Source: Candidatus Hydrogenedentota bacterium (lineage in GTDB: Bacteria > Hydrogenedentota > Hydrogenedentia > Hydrogenedentales > SLHB01). From it: a DNA stretch of 64,000 nucleotides. The notes beneath the pieces are model-generated. The model ran no database searches, was not told where the DNA came from, and saw nothing but the letters and a program-made list of their open reading frames with translations. The stretch covers positions 1-64,000 of the forward strand of contig BTWA01000033.1 in NCBI GenBank assembly GCA_045863295.1, in the 5' to 3' direction. Positions 57,929 to 64,000 of the stretch are shown here, in pieces (the stretch's first letter is position 1; every line of letters starts with the position of its first letter). The position numbers and the translations under genes were made by a program.

Positions 57929-59529
57929 TTGTCCGTGAATACCTGACCAGACCGTGGCGCGAGTTGCACTTCCGAGGTCTGCCGTACCCGCGATTCGAAC
58001 GCGGGCGGCAACGCCAATCCTTCCGCCCGGATCCGTTCCGTCAGCCGCGCCAATTCCTCCGCCTTCAGCGGGTGCTTCACCCACGGTCCCTGCGGCCAGG
58101 CTTTGGCCGGACTGGTGCTTGGCGTCAATTTGACCGCAACGAATACGGTGTTCGCGCTGCTCTTGGCCTTAAAGGCGTAGACGTGGGGAAACACCTGCTC
58201 CAGCGTGATCATCATGCCGCGCACGATGTCGTCGTTGATACCGCCGAACGATCCCATCACGTTGTACACGAGGCAACCGCCGTTCCGAATCCGGTCGCGC
58301 GCCAGTTCGAAGAATTCGCGCGTGGCGAGGTGGTAAGGCAAGTAGGCTCCCTTGGGGCCTGATCCGTATGCGTCCATGATGATCGCGCCGTATTCCTGCC
58401 GGCTGCGTTGGAGAAACACGCGCCCGTCCAGCGTGGCGATTTGGAGCTTTGGATCCTCGGGCATCATGAAATAGGTCTTCGCCACTTCAACCACCACGGG
58501 ATCTATTTCCACCGCCGTCAGTTTCGCCGAGGGATGGTCCCGGAGGAAGACCTTTGGACCGGTGGCGCCACCCAGCCCAACGAAGAGCACGTTGTCAATC
58601 GTAGGATCGAAAACAAACGGCAAATGGAAATACTCGGTGTATTCAAACCCGCCGGAAGTGGGTTCGTTCACATTCATAATACTTTGCGGATCTTCGTCGA
58701 AGTACAGGGTCCGTGTGCTCGCTGTATCCGCGACTAGAATATGATGGTACGCGCTGTACCGTTCGTAAATGACATCGGCCTGTGCGGCGGACACAAACGC
58801 CATTGCGGCCAAGACCGCGGCCGTTCGCCGTTTCAACGCACCGGTCAGCCAGGCCGACACCATGATGAGGCCTCCGAATACGACCAGCGCCACGCTGGTA
58901 CCGAAGATAGCCGTGCGCACGTCCATCTTCGGAATTAGCGCATAGACCGTTAGAAGCACGCCCGCGATACTTCCCACCGTAGACAAAGCTGCCACCCAGC
59001 CCGTCGTTTTACCCGCGTGATTCACATCGCGGATGTAAAGCCGCACGGCCTGCGGCATCACCGTCCCCAATCCGAGAAACAGGAAAAAGGACGATATCCA
59101 CGCTACAAACAATGGCTCCCACCAGCGAACCGCCGTTTCCGAGGCAACGGCATGGGAAGCCCATTCAATGAAGCGTTCCATCGGGAAACCCCAAAGTCCC
59201 GCCCATACCAAGACACCGCCCAGAATATGCCACGAGCGGAACCGGTCGGCCATCCATCCGCCGAGCGCGTACCCCAGCGCGAGGGCCGCCAGGACGACGG
59301 CAATCTCGGCCGCCCACGTCTCCAACGCGCTGCCAAAGAAGCGCTGCAATATCCGGACGGCCAGAAACTCGTATACCATCACCGCCGCACCCGAAAAAAG
59401 CACGATCACGCCCACCAAGGCGCCCGATCCAAAACGTGCGGCCCGTGAACCGGCGGCCTGTTCTGGCGTACCCGCCTCCACGCGCACGTGAGGTTCGGTC
59501 CGGACTGGGGTGGCATAGGTGTTGCTCAT
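57889..59529 (-). CDS. fused membrane domain / spermidine-synthase-like methyltransferase
   Basis: About 7 TMs followed by VGLGG, VEIDP, DGR, MDAY, TDNYAP. Confidence 0.88.
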   Translation of the reverse strand: MSNTYATPVRTEPHVRVEAGTPEQAAGSRAARFGSGALVGVIVLFSGAAVMVYEFLAVRILQRFFGSALETWAAEIAVVLAALALGYALGGWMADRFRSWHILGGVLVWAGLWGFPMERFIEWASHAVASETAVRWWEPLFVAWISSFFLFLGLGTVMPQAVRLYIRDVNHAGKTTGWVAALSTVGSIAGVLLTVYALIPKMDVRTAIFGTSVALVVFGGLIMVSAWLTGALKRRTAAVLAAMAFVSAAQADVIYERYSAYHHILVADTASTRTLYFDEDPQSIMNVNEPTSGGFEYTEYFHLPFVFDPTIDNVLFVGLGGATGPKVFLRDHPSAKLTAVEIDPVVVEVAKTYFMMPEDPKLQIATLDGRVFLQRSRQEYGAIIMDAYGSGPKGAYLPYHLATREFFELARDRIRNGGCLVYNVMGSFGGINDDIVRGMMITLEQVFPHVYAFKAKSSANTVFVAVKLTPSTSPAKAWPQGPWVKHPLKAEELARLTERIRAEGLALPPAFESRVRQTSEVQLAPRSGQVFTDNYAPVDLGPGMRN

Positions 59530-59710
59530 AGTGTGTCCTGATCTGGTGACGGCCGCCTATTGCTGAAAGACCTATTTGACCATCCGACAGGCTACGGGTG
59601 CAAGGCCACTGCAGAATGGCGGAGCCGAGTGTGGTGGGGCGCTCACCCGGATTCCGGGGTGATTCATTGCCGAGACCGATGTGGCCTCGCTGCTTAATGG
59701 CTTTTTACTG

Positions 59711-60163
59711 TTAGCTTTCCGCGCGTGGGACGCGGTTGAGCGCGAAGCCGATGAGTTCACAGGTGTCGGGGCCGGTGTATCGCGCGCCGGTTTTGCCGGA
59801 GTAGTAAAGCGACAACACGACGCCGCGCACGCCCATGTTGAGGAGGCGGAGCGTGGACCCGAGCGGCCCGGGCCAATTGTCCGCGCGGTGCATGCACCAG
59901 ACGACGCCGCGCAAACCGAAGGTTGGCACGAAGGAAAGCACGCCGAGAACGGTATTCAGGCTGGCGGCGTCTTCCGGCGGCGCATAGGCGAGCACGTCGT
60001 CAACGTGTTCAACGCAACCCACTTCTGAGAAGGAGGGCAAACGCCCTTCGCGAGGCAGAATAATGTCACCCAGGCGTTCGAGACCCCGAATCGCCTTTTC
60101 ATCGAGAAACTGCGATACACCCACAACGCTACCCCTCGTATTCCCCGATTCCCCTTTTCCCAA
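59711..60163 (-). CDS. hypothetical protein, possible GMC accessory subunit
   Basis: Last gene of the ALDH-GMC operon; DIILP...LYY pattern reminiscent of gluconate 2-dehydrogenase subunit 3-like proteins. Start uncertain. Confidence 0.6.
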   Translation of the reverse strand: MGKGESGNTRGSVVGVSQFLDEKAIRGLERLGDIILPREGRLPSFSEVGCVEHVDDVLAYAPPEDAASLNTVLGVLSFVPTFGLRGVVWCMHRADNWPGPLGSTLRLLNMGVRGVVLSLYYSGKTGARYTGPDTCELIGFALNRVPRAES

Positions 60164-60173
60164 GATACCCGTA

Positions 60174-61571
60174 TTATGCAGCCAATGCCGCCTCGCTTTT
60201 CAAGATTTTCGTGAGCCTGTGCGCGAGCGCCATGCAGGTCAACGCCGGGTTGATTCCGGGCGCGTTCGGATAGGTGCTCGTGTCGGCAACGAACACGTCC
60301 GGAAGGTCGTGCACTTGGAACGCCTCATTGACCACCGAGGTCCTCGGGTCGATTCCAATCGGACAACCGCCCATCAGGTGCAGGCAGAAGCATAGGGGCG
60401 AGACGTACACGCGGCGTGCATTCAAGGATTCGTAGATTTCCCGGACCAAGGCGAGGCCGTCGTCCCGGCGGCGCTTGTCTTGGTCAGTCAATGGTTTACG
60501 AATGGAGAGGCGGCCTTTCGAATCCACCCGCATCTCCCCCGCCGCTTCGTCGCGCACGGCCACTTCGAGACAAGCATAGTGCCGGTAGCGTGCCATGAAC
60601 TGCTGAATCGGCGCGCCGTACCCTTGATAGAGCATGGCGACCGATGCAGGAGGCGCGTACACGTTTTCCAGCTTATAGCCGCGCTTGCGGAGACCGGAAT
60701 CCGATGATTTGACGGACTGGAATGCCCCTTTGTGCGCGTCCACGGGTTCGTCAAACTCGGCAAAAGTCATGAACTGGGGATGCGCGCTGAACCCGGTACC
60801 AAGGGCGGGCAGCTTTTCCTTCAATCCGGACCGCAACAGGATTTGCGTGGTGCCGAACGAACCGGCAGCGAGTATGCAGCGGCGTCCTTCGTAGGTTTCC
60901 GGCTTGCCGCTGGTGTGAGCGTGTACCTTCACTCCGCCGGAAACGGAAGCAATGTGGCTCACGTGGCAATCGGGCACGACCTTAAGCCCCGCGGCTTGGG
61001 CTTTTCCGACGTAAGCGACAAGCGTGCTTTGTTTCGAATCGCGATGGCAACCGCCAAGACATCCGATGCAATCGTTGCCCTCATCGAGCGCGCAATTGCT
61101 CTGCCCCCGCCGTAGCGGAGCCGATTGGATGCCCTGCTTTTCCAGCCCTTCGAGAAACAAACGGGCGTTCCGGTTGCGATGCCTTTCGGGAATAACCTGG
61201 AGTGAAAGCGCTTCCTCGGCGGCCGCGTAGTACGGGTCCATGCCTTCCGGCGTGAAGTAGGAAATTCCGGAATCGCTTTTCCAGTCCGCCAGCGCCACGT
61301 CATCGAACCGATCCAGCAGGCATTGGTTGATGATGGATCCCCCGCCCACGCATTTGCCCCGCAGGAATCCCATGGTGCAACGGTCGTCGAACTCGATGCC
61401 CCCGCCCCAGAAAAGCTGTGCGGAGGAGTCGGCGTCGTTGCGGGGAAAGGTATCGGCGGTGTAGTGGCGGCCGGCTTCCAGGAGCAGGCAATGCGCGCCG
61501 GCCTCTTGTAGAGTATGCGCCAACACGCCGCCCGAGGATCCCGAACCGACGATAAGGAAATCGTATTTCAT
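60174..61571 (-). CDS. GMC-family FAD oxidoreductase
   Basis: GSGSSG, VGGGSIIN, Cys cluster CIGCLGGC, HLMGGC, NPALT. Confidence 0.92.
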   Translation of the reverse strand: MKYDFLIVGSGSSGGVLAHTLQEAGAHCLLLEAGRHYTADTFPRNDADSSAQLFWGGGIEFDDRCTMGFLRGKCVGGGSIINQCLLDRFDDVALADWKSDSGISYFTPEGMDPYYAAAEEALSLQVIPERHRNRNARLFLEGLEKQGIQSAPLRRGQSNCALDEGNDCIGCLGGCHRDSKQSTLVAYVGKAQAAGLKVVPDCHVSHIASVSGGVKVHAHTSGKPETYEGRRCILAAGSFGTTQILLRSGLKEKLPALGTGFSAHPQFMTFAEFDEPVDAHKGAFQSVKSSDSGLRKRGYKLENVYAPPASVAMLYQGYGAPIQQFMARYRHYACLEVAVRDEAAGEMRVDSKGRLSIRKPLTDQDKRRRDDGLALVREIYESLNARRVYVSPLCFCLHLMGGCPIGIDPRTSVVNEAFQVHDLPDVFVADTSTYPNAPGINPALTCMALAHRLTKILKSEAALAA

Positions 61572-61593
61572 GTAATTATAGCCAAAATGCGGG

Positions 61594-63201
61594 CTAGAGC
61601 TTGCTGTTCTTCACGACTTTCTGAAGCTTCATCGCGATAGCCAGCGTTTTCAACAGCCAGACCGGGCTGCCCCCGTAAACCGCGTCGATCATCTTGGAAA
61701 ACAGATCATACTTCTCACGCGTATACGGAAACCAGTGCATTTCGATCTGTTTGCCGGTGTCGAACATGACCGATTTGATGTTGCTGAAGGATTGCAGGCC
61801 GTACGGGCCCTTGTAGCGGCCGAATCCGCTTTCCTTGGTGCCGCCGAACGGCAACGCGGAGTTGCCCTGCGTGGCCAGCACGTTGTTGATGGAGACGTTG
61901 CCGGTGACGATTTTGCGCGCCACGCGTTCGGCCCGGGTCATGTCGCTGGTCCACACGCTGGCACTCAGGCCATACGGCGTGTCGTTGGCCAGCCGAATGG
62001 CCTCGTCTTCGGTCGCAAACTTCTGCACCGTTACCACCGGGCCAAAGGTTTCGTCCGAGATGATTTTCATCTTCTCATCGACATTGACCACCAACGTTGG
62101 CGGGAATGCCTGCGAATCCGCTTTGCGGCTGCCGCCCACCATCACCTCGGCCCCTTTAGCCTGAGCGTCCGCGATTTGCTCTTCAATCTTTTCGATCTGG
62201 AACGGCGTGGTCATGTAGCCCACATCGAGATTGCAGTGATCGTGATCGTGGGGACCGTGCGCCGCGTGCTTCAGGCTTTCCATCTTCTGCTTCATCGCGG
62301 CAATAAACGGAGTGTAAATGCGCTCGTGCACGAGGATGCGTTCGACCGAGGTGCAGGTCTGCCCCGCGTTCATCATGGCGCCCCACGTCGCGCCGATGGC
62401 GGTGCGGTCGATATCGACGTCGTCGAACACAACCATGGGATCCTTGCCGCCCAATTCCAACTCCAAAGGAATGAGGTATTGGGCCGCCTGGGCCATGATT
62501 TCCTTGCCGGCGCGAGTGCTGCCTGTAAATAGAATCTTGGCCGGGCGTTGATCGATGAGCTTGCGGCCGGTTTCCTTGCCGCCATAGACCACCTGTATCG
62601 CGTCTTTTATGAAGCCGCTCTCCGCGATGATCTTCTCGACCAAGCCGCGCAGGGGTGTCCATTCCGAAGGTTTGAACACGATGGAATTGCCCGCGACAAA
62701 TGCCGTGATCACCGGCAGCATGGCCAGGTTCAACGGGTAGTTCCACGGCGCAATCACCAGTACCGGTCCCATCGGTTCAAAGTAGATCTTGGATTTCTTG
62801 GGCCACAGAATTATTGGGGTCGGCACGGTCTGTGGAGAAAGCATCTTCTCCGCGTTCTTCTCGTAATAGTCGATGATGTCGAGCACGGTGAAGATTTCGG
62901 AGACCAGCGCATCGAACCGCGCCTTACCGGTCTCTTCGACCAGGGCCGAAACCAGTTCTTCCTTGTGTTCAAGGAAATACCGCTTGATCTTGGCCACTTC
63001 CGCGAGGCGCTCAGGAATCGACATCGCGCGGATCTTCTCGTACGCCGCCTGGGAGCGGGAAAACACGGACCGAATGTCATCCTGCGAGGGTTCTTCCAAC
63101 GCGTACAGCAGTTTGCCGGTACCCGGATTGTGCTTGGGGATGACGCCCGTTTCGGAGGCGTGCACATTCGGATTGTCGGTGGCTATGGCCGTGTTGCTCA
63201 T
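61594..63201 (-). CDS. aldehyde dehydrogenase
   Basis: PWNYP, FTGS, LELGGK, GQTC, ETFGP, PFGG.KESG. Confidence 0.95.
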   Translation of the reverse strand: MSNTAIATDNPNVHASETGVIPKHNPGTGKLLYALEEPSQDDIRSVFSRSQAAYEKIRAMSIPERLAEVAKIKRYFLEHKEELVSALVEETGKARFDALVSEIFTVLDIIDYYEKNAEKMLSPQTVPTPIILWPKKSKIYFEPMGPVLVIAPWNYPLNLAMLPVITAFVAGNSIVFKPSEWTPLRGLVEKIIAESGFIKDAIQVVYGGKETGRKLIDQRPAKILFTGSTRAGKEIMAQAAQYLIPLELELGGKDPMVVFDDVDIDRTAIGATWGAMMNAGQTCTSVERILVHERIYTPFIAAMKQKMESLKHAAHGPHDHDHCNLDVGYMTTPFQIEKIEEQIADAQAKGAEVMVGGSRKADSQAFPPTLVVNVDEKMKIISDETFGPVVTVQKFATEDEAIRLANDTPYGLSASVWTSDMTRAERVARKIVTGNVSINNVLATQGNSALPFGGTKESGFGRYKGPYGLQSFSNIKSVMFDTGKQIEMHWFPYTREKYDLFSKMIDAVYGGSPVWLLKTLAIAMKLQKVVKNSKL

Positions 63202-63344
63202 TGGGGTGCACCTTTCCCTCGGTCCGTTTCGCCGTACACGAAATGGACCGCACTTTCCGGCGGGCGCCCGCATCCTGCCCACCGTAACCCTTGTAACCGC
63301 CGCATCATGGAACTGCCATGCAGAGTACCGCTTGCAACCCTGTG

Positions 63345-63373
63345 ACTATAACAGAGAAGCGCAAATGGCACAA
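63345..63373 (-). promoter_or_regulatory. possible promoter of the ALDH operon
   Basis: TTGTGC, 17 nt, TATAGT with an extended -10 TG. Confidence 0.45.
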
Positions 63374-63440
63374 GACGAAGGGGTCCCGTACGAAATCACG
63401 AGGGAAGCATGATCATGGACGATTTACAAAACCCAATCGC

Positions 63441-64000
63441 TCACGGCGGCAGTATTAGATCAACCGGTACCCACCGGTCCCGGTACCAGCGCAGAAAGGC
63501 CGATTTGCGCTTCTCCGCGTCAATTACCTCCATGGTCGCCTTCTCTGGATCGAATTCGATGGATTCAACTGCGAACAATTTCTCGTCAATCGGCATGTCG
63601 GTGGTAACGTCCAGCATCGTCATGGTCAGACTGTAGCCCTCGTCGATTCGGGTTCCGCGCTTTGGGAACCAACGGCCGTTGGGAAGTTGTTGCAGTTCGA
63701 TTTCTATGCTGCCATCCTGCACGCCTTCCGTGTTCCAGTGCCGCATCCTGGTAACGAGGTAATCCTTGTCGGGGTCCAGTTCGTACACGCAGCGGTCCAC
63801 ATGACTGCCTTTCCGCGCAGGATTTATTTTTTCAATGATGAAAATGGAACCATCGCTGTCCGGGAGTTTTTCAAGGGACCACTGCAAAACTTCGCGATGC
63901 AGGAAGAGCGACTCCTTTAACAATCGTGACGATCCTGCTGTAAATCCGAAGCGGCGTGGATCTTGTGACCAATCCGGTGATTCTGCAGGCAGGCCATTCT
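63441..64000 (-). CDS. hypothetical protein (partial, 5' end outside the window), beta-rich and possibly LolA-like
   Basis: Frame is open to the window edge (..QDPRRFGF..); beta-strand pattern with WFP and IDEKLF. Confidence 0.65.
   Translation of the reverse strand, partial: NGLPAESPDWSQDPRRFGFTAGSSRLLKESLFLHREVLQWSLEKLPDSDGSIFIIEKINPARKGSHVDRCVYELDPDKDYLVTRMRHWNTEGVQDGSIEIELQQLPNGRWFPKRGTRIDEGYSLTMTMLDVTTDMPIDEKLFAVESIEFDPEKATMEVIDAEKRKSAFLRWYRDRWVPVDLILPP

Noticed and set aside
1..64000. CRISPR arrays, tRNA/rRNA genes, IS elements, prophage
   Set aside because: No regularly spaced repeats, cloverleaf or rRNA signatures, or transposase, integrase or phage structural genes were seen.

Overview
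A gene-dense bacterial chromosomal window with about 55 CDS. It is moderately GC-rich, and the protein families suggest Candidatus Hydrogenedentes or a relative (inference only). I found no rRNA, tRNA, CRISPR array or mobile element. The left half (1-31 kb) is almost entirely minus-strand: an aldo/keto reductase, an exported rhodanese, a heterodimeric ABC exporter, a hybrid histidine kinase and an HTH-REC regulator, pgi, a JAB-DinG helicase, sir/cysH, folM-folB-folK-folE, an HtrA pair, pssA/psd, radC, prmC, prfA and rpmE. The right half has mixed orientation: several secreted unknowns, tsaE, glgA, Nif3, MEMO, xth, pduO-type, natAB-CPBP, pfk, a sulfatase-like protein, fused glyQS, rsgA, a spermidine-synthase fusion and an ALDH-GMC operon. 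Best leads: (i) a 4-PDZ HtrA co-translated with a catalytically dead trypsin-fold partner; (ii) an AI-2E transporter carrying a duplicated CxxC zinc-ribbon insertion; (iii) two interleaved 8-bp inverted repeats (pseudoknot topology) abutting the RBS of the HTH-REC regulator; (iv) an apparent switch in replication strand bias near 24-31 kb with a perfect DnaA box and no dnaA gene; (v) a divergent secreted L,D-transpeptidase-like protein and a Cys/His-rich orphan. All calls come from reading motifs by eye; no database searches were run.
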